This document shows, piece after piece, positions 1 to 9,750 of a stretch of DNA of 64,000 bases. A program made the position numbers and the translations under genes. This DNA comes from Alphaproteobacteria bacterium (GTDB taxonomy: Bacteria > Pseudomonadota > Alphaproteobacteria > SP197): assembly GCA_964291415.2 (NCBI GenBank), contig OZ219920.1:352001-416000 (forward strand), in the 5' to 3' direction. Numbering within the stretch: position 1 is the first letter of the stretch; the number at the start of each line of letters is the position of its first letter. The notes below the pieces were generated by a model. That model was not told where the DNA came from. It saw only the letters and a program-made list of their open reading frames with translations, and did not search any database.

Positions 1-705
1 CCGGATTGCTTCCGGAGAATCGAGCAGCGGATTCCAGTTCTCGTCGTGATAGAGGCCGCCCTGCGAATAGAGGTAGTTGGCCCACTGCATCGAGATGCAG
101 TCACCTCGCTGGCCCTGGATGACCGTGCCGTAGAGGTCCCGGTTGCCGTCCCCATCGGTGTCGCGGGTGAAAAACTCGACCTGCTTCCAGTACTCGTCCC
201 AGGTTTGCGGCACCCTGAGTTCCATGCCGTAGGCTTCCTGGAAGGCCGCCTGCTCGTCGGCATCGTCGATCAGGTCCTGGCGATAGATGAGCGCCATCGA
301 GTAGTTGTAGAAGGGCAGCATGTAGAGAACGCCGTCGACCCTGCCCACCAGATCCATGAGCTTGGGCACATAGACGTCGACATCCACGCCGTCGCGTTCG
401 ACAAGGTCGTCGAGCGGCATCAACCAGCCGGCCTTGGTGAACTCGCCGACCCAGTAGAAGTCGACCACGATGAGATCGTAGCTTCCTTCCGGGGCAATGA
501 GCTGCGGCACCAGCTTCGAGTGCATGTCGATGTAGCTGATGGCCTCGATTTCGACATTGATGCCGGTTTCCTCCTCGAACTGAGGCAACAGCTCCTGGAT
601 GTACCGGGTATCGGGAACCGTCTCCATGAGGATTCGGATGGTCTGTGCCTGGGCGGCGCTGACGACGAGGGCCAGCGCGGCCATGACAGAAAGGAACAAT
701 CTCAT
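1..705 (-). CDS. Sugar (CUT1) ABC transporter substrate-binding protein; 3' end runs off the window
   Basis: Not in the ORF track because it is open at the window edge. Manual translation from ATG 705 (GGAGG RBS upstream): MRLFLSVMAALALVVSAAQAQTIRILMETVPDTRYIQELLPQFEEETGINVEIEAISY...YMLPFYNYSMALIYRQDL...VPQTWDEY; signal peptide; follows a sugar permease. Confidence 0.85.
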   Translation of the reverse strand, partial: MRLFLSVMAALALVVSAAQAQTIRILMETVPDTRYIQELLPQFEEETGINVEIEAISYIDMHSKLVPQLIAPEGSYDLIVVDFYWVGEFTKAGWLMPLDDLVERDGVDVDVYVPKLMDLVGRVDGVLYMLPFYNYSMALIYRQDLIDDADEQAAFQEAYGMELRVPQTWDEYWKQVEFFTRDTDGDGNRDLYGTVIQGQRGDCISMQWANYLYSQGGLYHDENWNPLLDSPEAIR

Positions 706-769
706 GATCCACCTCCACTAGTTGTTGAACAGTAACGACGCAATGACGACTCCGTTGATCGATTGATGC

Positions 770-1621
770 CTACTTCAATGCCCCCAGTGAGAGGCCCTTG
801 ATGAGGTAGCGGCGCAGGAAAGGCAGCAGCACGATGGCCGGCAGAATGGCGCAGATCGTCGCCGCCGACAGCAGCGCGATGTCGACTCCCCGGTGGGTCT
901 GGAATGACGACAGGCCAACCGGCAATGTGTTCGTGTGCGGACCGCTCAGGATGAGGGCATAGAGGAACTCGTTCCAGCTGAGCAGGAAGGCGAGCAGTCC
1001 GGCCGCCAGAATTCCCGGGGCGGCCACGGGCAGCGTGATGCGTACCAGCGCCTGGAAGCGGGTGGCGCCATCGGTGCGCGCGGCCTGCTCGAGTATGGCC
1101 ACCTCGCCGTCGAAGAAGGCGACCAGGAGCCATGCAAGAAAGGGCAGGCTGAGCGTCATGTGCGCCAGGATGAGGCCGGGGAGCGTGTTGATGAGCGACG
1201 CCTTGAGGAAGAGCGTGAAGAGCGGCAGGACGAGGATGACCGGCGGCAGCATCTGACTCGACAGGACGAACAGGCGCAGCGACAGGCCGCCGGTGTTGTA
1301 GCGGGCAAAGGCGTAGGCCAGTCCCACCGCCAGCGGCAGGGCGAACATCGTGGCGCCGAGGGCGACCGTGGCGCTGTTGAGGAAGTAGCTGAAGAAGGGG
1401 TAGCCGGTGAAGATCTCGATGAAGTTGTCGAGATTCGCCTGACCCCACTCGGGCGGAATCTTGTAGGCGGTCGACTTGTCGGTCAGGGCGACCCGGAGCA
1501 GCCACAGAAGGGGAAGCAGAATCACCGCGCTGAACACCACAAGGATGCTGTGGGGCAACAGCCAGGAAAGGAATCTCCAACGTCCTCGTTTCCTCATGGC
1601 GCCACGGATGTTCGCAGTCAT
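770..1621 (-). CDS. Carbohydrate ABC transporter permease (MalG-like)
   Basis: 6-TM pattern, EAA-type loop LEQAARTDGAT, FLLSWNEFLYAL, C-terminal YLIKGLSLGALK. Confidence 0.9.
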   Translation of the reverse strand: MTANIRGAMRKRGRWRFLSWLLPHSILVVFSAVILLPLLWLLRVALTDKSTAYKIPPEWGQANLDNFIEIFTGYPFFSYFLNSATVALGATMFALPLAVGLAYAFARYNTGGLSLRLFVLSSQMLPPVILVLPLFTLFLKASLINTLPGLILAHMTLSLPFLAWLLVAFFDGEVAILEQAARTDGATRFQALVRITLPVAAPGILAAGLLAFLLSWNEFLYALILSGPHTNTLPVGLSSFQTHRGVDIALLSAATICAILPAIVLLPFLRRYLIKGLSLGALK

Positions 1622-1797
1622 TCCCTCATCGACATCCAGGCGCGCTCAGAAGCTCCCCCAAGGCTCTGGAAGCACGAAGTCTGCGACATGGCGAGGGCTT
1701 CTTCAACAGCAAATCGGCCGTCAAGGATCACTCTTGCATGTGAACCGCGGGCGGCTGCCTCTATGCTGGTTGCGGGTCAGCGGGAACTGTCAGCGGG

Positions 1798-2901
1798 ATG
1801 CCGGAAGTCTTCGCCAGCGGTCATGCGGTCGCATCGGACTGGCAGGAAGCGGTGCGATCGGTCGCCGCTCAGCTTGGCGACCTCGATGACGACGACATCG
1901 GTTTTGTCTATGTCACGGACCATGTCGCCCATCATCTGCACGATGTCGTCAGTTTTCTGGCCGCGGCGACCGGGCTTGATCAATGGTGCGGAACCGTGGG
2001 CATCGGCGTCCTGTCCAATCCGGTCGAGTCGTTTGACAAACCGGCGATCGTCGCGCTTGCGTGCCGCCTGCCGGGCGCCAGGGCCCACGTCTTTCGCAGT
2101 GTCGACGAGGCGGTCGGGAGGTGGCGGCAGCCGGATTCCGGCGATACGGCCGGGTTCGGCATCGTCCATGGTGATCCGCGCCACGCCGATGTCCTCGACG
2201 GCCTCGTCCGCCTTGCCCGCGAGACGGGCAGCTATCTGGTGGGCGGTCTCGCTTCATCGCGGGCCGGATCTCCCACCCATGCCGGCGGCGCCGCCGGTGA
2301 CGGTCTTTCGGGCGTGCTGCTGAGCGGGGCTCGGGTCGCCACGGCGCTGACCCAGGGATGTTCACTGCTCGACGGCTCCCACGAAGTCACAAGGGCCGAC
2401 GGCAACGCGGTCCTCGAACTGGATGGCCGGCCCGTGTTCGACGTGCTCGGGGAGAGATTCTCCGGCGCCCGGGGGTCTGAGCGGCCCGTCGACCCGGCGT
2501 CACTCCATGTGGCATTGCCCATTGCCGGATCGGACGCCGGCGCGTTTGTGGTCCGCAACATCGTCGGCATCGATCCCGACCAGCATGCGATGCTGTTGGC
2601 AGAAGACGTCAGCCGCGGCGACGTGCTGATGTTCTGTGTGCGTGACCATGAAGCTGCCGAGGCGGACTTGAGACGCATGCTGCAATCCCTCAAGTCCCGG
2701 GTGTCCCGGCCTCTCGGCGGGCTCTACTTCAGCTGCCTTGCCCGCGGGCCCCACATGTTCGGCGCCGTCAATCGGGAGATGGAGATCATCCGTGATGTCC
2801 TGGGCGACGTGCCGGTGGCCGGCTTCTTCTCCAACGGCGAAATCTCGCTCGACCGTCTCTACGCCTATACCGGAGTTCTCACCCTGTTCAGGGACGATTG
2901 A
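1798..2901 (+). CDS. FIST N/C domain sensory protein
   Basis: VATALTQGC, LELDGRP, VVRNIVGID, LYFSCLARG, GFFSNGEI...YTGVL are FIST_C motifs. Confidence 0.85.
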   Translation: MPEVFASGHAVASDWQEAVRSVAAQLGDLDDDDIGFVYVTDHVAHHLHDVVSFLAAATGLDQWCGTVGIGVLSNPVESFDKPAIVALACRLPGARAHVFRSVDEAVGRWRQPDSGDTAGFGIVHGDPRHADVLDGLVRLARETGSYLVGGLASSRAGSPTHAGGAAGDGLSGVLLSGARVATALTQGCSLLDGSHEVTRADGNAVLELDGRPVFDVLGERFSGARGSERPVDPASLHVALPIAGSDAGAFVVRNIVGIDPDQHAMLLAEDVSRGDVLMFCVRDHEAAEADLRRMLQSLKSRVSRPLGGLYFSCLARGPHMFGAVNREMEIIRDVLGDVPVAGFFSNGEISLDRLYAYTGVLTLFRDD

Positions 2902-2907
2902 GCAGGA

Positions 2908-3942
2908 TCACTCCTCCAGGGTCGTGCGGACGGGGGAGTCGGGAAAGAAGGCGTGCCAGGCGAAGGCGAAGTCGACCATGTAGACGACATCGACCGGGCC
3001 GGACTGCGTCATGCGCTGCACGGTGACATTGCCCACATCGACTCCGGACGCGATATCGCGGGTGTCGAGTGCCGACGCCTGGCCGGGCTCCCATGTGATG
3101 ACGAGGTCGCCCTCGACGAGCTGCCCCTCCTGGCGGAGAAGATCGAGGGACCATGCCGTGTCGTCCACGCGCACCACCCGCGCCAACGGCGCGATGTCCG
3201 GCGGAAGGTCGCCCCGGAAGAAGCCGAGGGGGCTGGTTCTGCTGTCGTAGCCGGCGTAGGGCGTCCAGCCGTAGGGCCGCTGGAAGGCGTCGCCGGCGAC
3301 CAGCACCGTGCCGTCGGGGTGTCGTTGGCGGAATCGGTCATAGGACTCGAGCCTCGAGGGCCAGGCCTCGAGCTTCGTTCCGGTCATCGCGCCGACGATG
3401 GCACGACCGGTGAACTGCTGCCACCAGCTCTCGGTCTGGCGGTCGTACATGACAAGATCGGAATGGCGCAGCTTTCCGGTGACGCCAAAGTCAAGAACGG
3501 TGCCGTCAACCTCCCTCTTGAACACGATTCCCGTGTTGCAGAGCGGGCAGTAGGTCACGGACAGAGGCACACCGTTGATGTCATCGTTGACGATTTCGTG
3601 CCAGACCAGGATGCGCAGGGGATAGGCCCGCGCCGCGCCATCGACCGTGACGGAGATCACCGGTTCGACGCCGGGAAGACCGTCATGGTCGGCAACGGAA
3701 ACGGTGCGCGGGTCGTCGATGGCCGGAATGCCGTCCTTCGGCGGTCCGCCGGAGAGGATGTCTGCGAGATCGATCGCGTGCCGGGAGAAGTCCGTGTTCG
3801 GCCATTCGTGGCGCCACAACTCCTCGCTGGCGGACGCCCACGGTGCCTGCGCGAGGACGAACGCCGCTGCGAGCATCAGCGTGCGGGCCCTAGGCCGTCC
3901 CGGTGGTCGCGTTTCACGTACGATCCCGTTCCCGGAATTCAT
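2908..3942 (-). CDS. DUF3179 family exported protein (start uncertain)
   Basis: SGGPPKDGIPAID, WHEIVND, TYCPLCNTG, GKLRHSDLVMYDRQTESWWQQ; signal-like segment LMLAAAFVLAQAPWASA. Confidence 0.85.
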   Translation of the reverse strand: MNSGNGIVRETRPPGRPRARTLMLAAAFVLAQAPWASASEELWRHEWPNTDFSRHAIDLADILSGGPPKDGIPAIDDPRTVSVADHDGLPGVEPVISVTVDGAARAYPLRILVWHEIVNDDINGVPLSVTYCPLCNTGIVFKREVDGTVLDFGVTGKLRHSDLVMYDRQTESWWQQFTGRAIVGAMTGTKLEAWPSRLESYDRFRQRHPDGTVLVAGDAFQRPYGWTPYAGYDSRTSPLGFFRGDLPPDIAPLARVVRVDDTAWSLDLLRQEGQLVEGDLVITWEPGQASALDTRDIASGVDVGNVTVQRMTQSGPVDVVYMVDFAFAWHAFFPDSPVRTTLEE

Positions 3943-4163
3943 GATGCAGCGCTGAAGCTGGAGACGGGCGAGAATGGCCCGATGTACCCGGTCGACAAGA
4001 CCGCCGCCGCCCAGTCGTCCGCATCGGCGTCGGTCATGAGAGTTGTCACCATTGCGGGCGGTCTCCATGGGCGCGACCGTCTCGCGGAGGAGGCAGCCGT
4101 CCTTTCGCTGCCCGAGCAAGGTCGCCGGGCGAACCGTACAGTGTAACCGGCGACCTTGTCAGC

Positions 4164-5283
4164 TTACATGCCGAGCGTGACCTCTTCCCAGAGCCTCACG
4201 TACTTTTCGTCGAACTCTTTCGGTATCGGCTTCAGGAAGTTGCCGATCTCCAGGAACCTGTTGGGATCGGGCAAACCGACTTCCTCAAGACGTTCTGCCG
4301 GAACCAGATCGAAAGCCTTGGCGTTGCCGTGACCATAACCGTACTCACTGATCAAGAAGGCCCCGGCCTCGGGCGACATCATGGCGTCAAGAAAGTCATA
4401 GACACGTTCGTCGCTGCTGACTCGGAGTTCCGGAACGGTGAGGACGAGGCCGCAGACCCAGGTGCGCGCGCCTTCCTTGGGAGTCATGAATTTGACCTGA
4501 AGACCCTCGTCTTTCATCGGCTTGACAAGACTGTTCCAGGCGTAGGTCGCGACTATCTCGCCGGCAGCCATGGCCTGGCCGGCCTCCGACTGGCTGTCCC
4601 AGTAGAACCGAAGCAATCCACGCTGCTTCACAAGGAGCTTCCTGATCTCTTCGAGCTGCGCGTCGGTCAGCGTTTCGAGATTCTCGTAGCCGAGTATCAT
4701 GGCCGGGACCTGCACGCCGGGGTATGGCGCGTTGTAGGTCGCGAGCTTGCCCTCATAGCGCTCGTCAAACAGCAGACTCCAGGACTCTTCCTCGATTTCG
4801 ACAATATCGGTACGGTAGAGGATCGACGAATTGCCCCATTCAAACGGAATGAACAGGTTTTCGCCGTCAGCGGTGAGGGTTTCGTCGATCTGCGCGAATA
4901 CCTCGAAGTAGTCCTCCCAGTGCTTCAGCCGCTCGGTGTCGATCGGCGCAAGGAGTCCGGCTTCGTACCACGGAGTGACGTTGTCCGAACAGGGATGGGA
5001 AACGTCGGCGCGGTAGCCTGCGCGGAGTTTCTGCATGGCTTCATTCACACTGGCGAAGTACCCGATGTCCGGCGAGACGCCGTACTTGTCGATGTAGCTC
5101 TGATGGAGCTCGGGCAGCTCGTAGCCCGCCCAGGTCAAGTAGTGCGCTTCCGCGTCCTGGGCCGAGGCGTTGCGCGTCACCAATGGCACGGTCGCGACGC
5201 CCAGCCCCAACGAGGCGAGTGTCTGGCTGAACTCACGCCGGCCCATGCGGCCCGACAGCAACATGTCAATAGGATCCCTTGTT
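4164..5283 (-). CDS. PotD/PotF-type polyamine ABC substrate-binding protein with Tat signal; 5' end interrupted by an IS (original start at 7297-7299, residual ATG at 5264)
   Basis: GRREF Tat motif, YLTWAGYE, IPFEWGNSSILYRTD, PKEGARTWVCG; excising the IS restores GGGAGG-N5-ATG-TTRDPIDMLLSG. Confidence 0.85.
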
Positions 5284-7289
5284 GAGGCTTCTGCGTTGTA
5301 GCGATTTTGGCGCGGTGCGGCATGAGCCTTGGCTCTGCGGTCGCCGGTGAGTCACCTTCCACGGGCCCTGGGGCCGGCGTCAGGCGACCGGTTTGACGTT
5401 GTGGCGCGGGATGTCGGGCGCTGTTGAGACCCGGCGGCGGCGTTCAGGCGTGCGGAAGCCGTCCGCGTGATGGATCTCGCGGACGCCGGGCGGTCGTGTC
5501 CGCCGGGATCAGCCTGGATCGGGTGGGGCTGCTGCCCGCACGAGACTCCGCATCAGGTGTGGCTGCCGTTCTTCGGCGCTGGCATGAGCCAGGGCCATCA
5601 TGACGGCAAGGGCGAGGTTGATCCGCGCCGTCATCCGGCCCAGGCCGCGGATGTGGTGATGCTCGAGGCCGAAGTTCTGGTCGAGGCGGGCGTTGATGCG
5701 TTCCAGAGCCGTGCGCCCGCGGTAGCGGCGTTGCCAGGTCAGCGAGCTGCGCGGCGTCGGGGTGAAGATGCGGCGGTCGGTGTCGAGGGGAACACGGACG
5801 ATGCGGCCGTAGCCTTGTGAGTGACAGTCGCCGGCGGCCTCGCAGTCCTTCCGGCCCTGGCATGCGAACCCGTAGGTCGCTGCGGGGCAGCGGTACTTCA
5901 GAGTTCCCCTCGTCGCCTCGAAGCCGTGGAAGGCGAGATCGCGCTCGGTGCCGGTCTCGGGGCAGATGCAGCGCACCTCGCCGCGTTCCGTGTAGACGAT
6001 GGTGTCGGCCTTCCCGGCATGGAGCGGCCGGGTGATGGGCTTCGTGCGGTCATGGCCGGGCTCGGCCTTCTCGTCGCGCCACATCTGGCGCACATCGATG
6101 ATCGGGCGGACCCGCCAGGTCTCCCACAGGGTCTGCTTGAGAGGCCCGCTGTCGTAGCCCCGGTCGGCACTCATGTCCTGGCAGCGCAAGGCCAGGTCCG
6201 GAGTGTCCTCGAACACGTCCTCCAGCAGCGTCTCGAAGGTCGTCACCTCCGAGGCCGACGCCTTCGTCACCGCCGCCGCCACGGGGATCTCGTAGGTGGT
6301 GTCGGCGATCAGGTGAAGGGTGTAGCCGAACCACGTCTTGACCTTGGTCCACGCCTTGCCCTCGGCGGTCACGCCCCTGGTCTCGTGCCGGCCCCAGTCG
6401 GCATCGCGATCCGACGTCTGTCCTGTTGCCGCGTTGACCGTGCCCGTTGACTTGCTCGCCACCGCCGTGCCGTCGCAGCCCAGATGGGCGCCGAAGTCGG
6501 GGATGAGATCGATCAGGCGATGACGCAGCTCGACGATCATCTCGGACAGCAGTCCCTCCTCCTCTTCAACCTTGAGCAGGGAGGCGACGAAGCGCGAGAC
6601 GTTCCAGCTCGAGGGGATCGACGAACGCTCCGGGGGACGGATGATGTGGATCACCTTGCTGTGCGGATCCTGGACAAGCTTGCGCCGGCCCCGCGTCGGC
6701 ACCGGATGGAAGCCGCAGGCATCGAGCAGGGCCGGGTTGCGGTTGAGCTCTCTCAGGAGAGCCTCGATGGAGGGATGCTGGAACACCATGCCGGCCACCA
6801 GGGCCCGCCACATGGCGCGAACCGGATAGTCGTTGCGGCCGCGGCTGCGGCGCCTCTCGAGGGCCGCGATGAGCGCCTCGTCGGGCAGGGCGTCGAGGAC
6901 CCGCCTGAGGCGCTCGAGATCGCCAAGGCTCTCGACGTGGGACCAGGAAAGAAGTAAAGGAGTGTGTGTCGTCATGGCGCGTGTCGGACCTCCTTCGCGA
7001 GGTGGGCTTTGACACTCGAGACATAGCCCATGGCGACACTTTTTGTCCACATGAACAGCCAGTTATTCCACACCGCGCGATACGTGACGGATCTGGATCG
7101 CATCGCGCGCGAACGCTCCGGGACGGCGTGTGGGAAGCCTGTGGGGTGGAATCCCGACGGATGAGCCGGCGCCGGTAAGGCGAATCGCGTCTTCTCAGGC
7201 AGTTGCCGAGCGCCGGTTGGGGTAACAAATATTCCGGACCCCAACTTCCCTGCATCATCTCAGTGAATTACAAACAACGCAGAGGTCTC
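5284..7289 (-). mobile_element. Insertion sequence, 2006 bp, with 16-bp imperfect terminal IRs and a 5-bp target duplication TTGTT
   Basis: IR GAGGCTTCTGCGTTGT (5284-5299) vs reverse complement of 7274-7289 GAGACCTCTGCGTTGT (14/16 match); TTGTT at 5279-5283 and 7290-7294; encloses a DDE transposase. Confidence 0.85.
5509..6975 (-). CDS. DDE transposase (DUF772 + DDE_Tnp_1 type; IS4/IS5/IS1182 superfamily)
   Basis: LGDLERLRRVLDALPDE, GRNDYPVRAMW, GCDGT, WFGYTLHLIAD, SADRGYDS, YRGRTALERINARLD. Confidence 0.9.
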   Translation of the reverse strand: MTTHTPLLLSWSHVESLGDLERLRRVLDALPDEALIAALERRRSRGRNDYPVRAMWRALVAGMVFQHPSIEALLRELNRNPALLDACGFHPVPTRGRRKLVQDPHSKVIHIIRPPERSSIPSSWNVSRFVASLLKVEEEEGLLSEMIVELRHRLIDLIPDFGAHLGCDGTAVASKSTGTVNAATGQTSDRDADWGRHETRGVTAEGKAWTKVKTWFGYTLHLIADTTYEIPVAAAVTKASASEVTTFETLLEDVFEDTPDLALRCQDMSADRGYDSGPLKQTLWETWRVRPIIDVRQMWRDEKAEPGHDRTKPITRPLHAGKADTIVYTERGEVRCICPETGTERDLAFHGFEATRGTLKYRCPAATYGFACQGRKDCEAAGDCHSQGYGRIVRVPLDTDRRIFTPTPRSSLTWQRRYRGRTALERINARLDQNFGLEHHHIRGLGRMTARINLALAVMMALAHASAEERQPHLMRSLVRAAAPPDPG

Positions 7290-7539
7290 TTGTTGTCATG
7301 GTTTCCTCCCAATCATTGTCAAATTGGAATTCTTCCAAGAATAGCACCACGGCCGGTAGGCAACAAGGAAACCGGCCGGCGATCCCTTCATCCGGAACAA
7401 CCGCTGACGGCTCTACTGCGCGGGCCATTGTCGAACGCGCCAGAACCGCAGCCTCGGCGCAGCCGGAACGATGGGGGATCGGGCCCGTAGGCCTGAGGCA
7501 TCTCTTCTGACGACGGCCGAGTTTCGATACCATGCGTCG

Positions 7540-8397
7540 ATGTCGTCGGAACCTGTCACGGATGAGATCGGCGATCTGGTCGACCTCGAACGCTACCCGC
7601 TCGAGCGGACCGACAGCCAGGAGTACTTGGCGCTGGTCGAACGGTGCCGTGAGGTGCACCGGGAGAACGATTGCGTCAACCTCCCCGGTTTCGTGAGGGC
7701 CGATGCGCTTGCTGCCTTTGCCAGGGAAGCTTCGGTGCTCCTCGAACGGCACGGCTACCGGAAATCCCATCAGCGGACGGCGCTCTTCAACCAGGGCGAT
7801 CCGTCGAAACCCTCCGGCCACCCGGCCAACCGCCTCTTTCGCGAGAGATCGCTCCAGGTCGCCAACGACCAGATCGGCGATACCCTGATCCGCCGTATCT
7901 ACGAGTGGCAGCCACTGACCGACTTCATCGCTGCCGTCGAAGACTGCGAACGGCTCTACCGCATGGCCGACGAGTTCCAGGCATTGAACATCATCGCGCA
8001 CGAAACGGGCAACGGCCTACCCTGGCATTTCGACGTCAACAACTTCACCGTCACGCTGCTGCTTCAGGCGAGCGAAGCAGGTGGCGAGTTCGTCTTCGTT
8101 CCCGAGATGCGCTCCGGACGGGATGTCGACTTCGTCCGCATGGAGAGACTCTTCGAAGGCGACGGGTCCTTCGTTCACACCACGGAACGATCAGGCGGCA
8201 CACTCACCCTGTTTCGCGGCCGCAACGCGCTCCATGCGGTGACGGCCGTCAAGGGACCCACGTCCCGGATCACCGCCGTTCTGACCTACGACGAGAAGCC
8301 CGATTGCGTTGCCAGCGAACGGGGGAACGCGTTCGTCTACGGCCCGCGGGTCGAGGCGATCTACAGGGAACGCAGGGAACGCGCACGATTGCCTTGA
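7540..8397 (+). CDS. Fe(II)/2-oxoglutarate-dependent dioxygenase (ArpA/BesD-like fold; HxD motif suggests a hydroxylase)
   Basis: LPWHFD (HxD), TVTLLLQ...GGEF, LFRGRNALHAVTAV...RITAVLTY. Confidence 0.75.
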   Translation: MSSEPVTDEIGDLVDLERYPLERTDSQEYLALVERCREVHRENDCVNLPGFVRADALAAFAREASVLLERHGYRKSHQRTALFNQGDPSKPSGHPANRLFRERSLQVANDQIGDTLIRRIYEWQPLTDFIAAVEDCERLYRMADEFQALNIIAHETGNGLPWHFDVNNFTVTLLLQASEAGGEFVFVPEMRSGRDVDFVRMERLFEGDGSFVHTTERSGGTLTLFRGRNALHAVTAVKGPTSRITAVLTYDEKPDCVASERGNAFVYGPRVEAIYRERRERARLP

Positions 8398-8429
8398 CTT
8401 GGCGCAGGGGAACGACAAGGGAGGATGAC

Positions 8430-9725
8430 ATGCTAAGGGATTCGCACGAAGCGAAGGGGCTCTATGCGTACTTCGCGGAGAATCCGGACGAGGCGCGCCG
8501 GCAGTTCTTCGAGCCTGCGCCGGGTGTGAGCCGGCGCGGCTTCTTCGCCGGTGCGGGGTTGGCGACCTCGGGCGCCCTGCTCGGCATGGCGATCCCGTTT
8601 TACGCCGACATGCCGCGTGGGTTGGTTCCGGCAGCCTTTGCTGCGGAGGACGTGCTGGTCGGCAAGGACGGCCTGACGTTGCTGAACGATCGGCCAATCA
8701 GTGCCGAGACACCGGCGCACCTGCTGGACGACGCGATTACGCCCACCGCCCGGCACTTCATCCGCAACAACGGCCTGCCGCCGGAGGACGTCGATCCTGA
8801 GAGCTGGATTCTCACTGTCGACGGGCTGGTGGAGAACCCGATGGAACTCTCCATCAGGGACCTTCGCACACAGTTCGAGGTGGTGGCCATGGCGCTCGCG
8901 ATCGAGTGTGGCGGCAACGGTCGGGCTTTCTTCGATCCACCGGCCAGGGGCAACCAGTGGACGGTGGGCGCGGTGGGCTGCTCGGAATGGACCGGGGTGC
9001 GGCTCGCCGATGTGCTGAGGAAGGCCGGGGTCAAGTCGGACGCGGTCTATACCGCGCACTACGGCGCCGACACCCATCTCTCCGGCAAGGAGGGCAAGCT
9101 TCCGATCTCGCGCGGAGTGCCGATCGCGAAAGCCCTGACCGACAACGTGCTGATCGCGTTTGCGATGAACGGCAGTTCGCTGCACCTGCAGAACGGAGCG
9201 CCGCTGCGCCTCGTTGTGCCGGGCTGGCCGGGCTCCTGCTCGCAGAAGTGGCTCACCCGCATCCAGCTTCGCGACATGGTGCATGACGGGCCGAAGATGA
9301 CCGGCACGGCCTACCGGGTGCCGCGCTACCCGGTCGCCCCCGGCGACGAGGTAGCGAGGGAGAATCTCGAAATCATCGAGCGCATGCCGGTGAAGTCACT
9401 CGTGACGTCGCCGGAAAGCAACAGCGCTGCCGGCAGGGAAGTGGAAGTGCGCGGTCACGCCTGGTCGGGTGACCGCACGGTATCGGCGGTCGATCTCACG
9501 ATCGACTTCGGCAGAAGCTGGATGGCGGCCGAACTGGACGGGCCGGTCAATCCCGGCGCATGGCAGAATTGGCGCCGCACGGTTGCCTTCCCGGAAGCCG
9601 GCTACTACGAGGTCTGGGCGCGCGCCACCGACGTCCAGGGCGAGATGCAGCCCTTCGCCATCGCCTGGAACCCGAAAGGCTATCTCAACAACACCATGCA
9701 TCGGGTGGCGCTGCGTGTCACCTGA
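8430..9725 (+). CDS. Molybdopterin sulfite oxidase/dehydrogenase (SorT/SoxC family), Tat-exported
   Basis: SRRGFF Tat motif, TPTARHFIRNNG, ECGGNGR Mo-ligand Cys, NGAPLRLVVPGWPGSCSQKWL, WNPKGYLNN; GGAGGA RBS before ATG 8430. Confidence 0.9.
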   Translation: MLRDSHEAKGLYAYFAENPDEARRQFFEPAPGVSRRGFFAGAGLATSGALLGMAIPFYADMPRGLVPAAFAAEDVLVGKDGLTLLNDRPISAETPAHLLDDAITPTARHFIRNNGLPPEDVDPESWILTVDGLVENPMELSIRDLRTQFEVVAMALAIECGGNGRAFFDPPARGNQWTVGAVGCSEWTGVRLADVLRKAGVKSDAVYTAHYGADTHLSGKEGKLPISRGVPIAKALTDNVLIAFAMNGSSLHLQNGAPLRLVVPGWPGSCSQKWLTRIQLRDMVHDGPKMTGTAYRVPRYPVAPGDEVARENLEIIERMPVKSLVTSPESNSAAGREVEVRGHAWSGDRTVSAVDLTIDFGRSWMAAELDGPVNPGAWQNWRRTVAFPEAGYYEVWARATDVQGEMQPFAIAWNPKGYLNNTMHRVALRVT

Positions 9726-9750
9726 CCGCCGGCGCGGACGGGCCGCTTTG

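Noticed and set aside
5417-7213. Inner GGCGCT/AGCGCC ends suggesting a nested IS
   Set aside because: Only 6 bp match and no target duplication; unresolved
7540-8397. Possible BesD-type radical halogenase
   Set aside because: Has HxD (HFD), not the HxG/A of halogenases
7671-8429. Apparent 253-aa N-terminal extension of the sulfite oxidase
   Set aside because: Overlaps the dioxygenase in another frame; the RBS and Tat motif support a start at 8430
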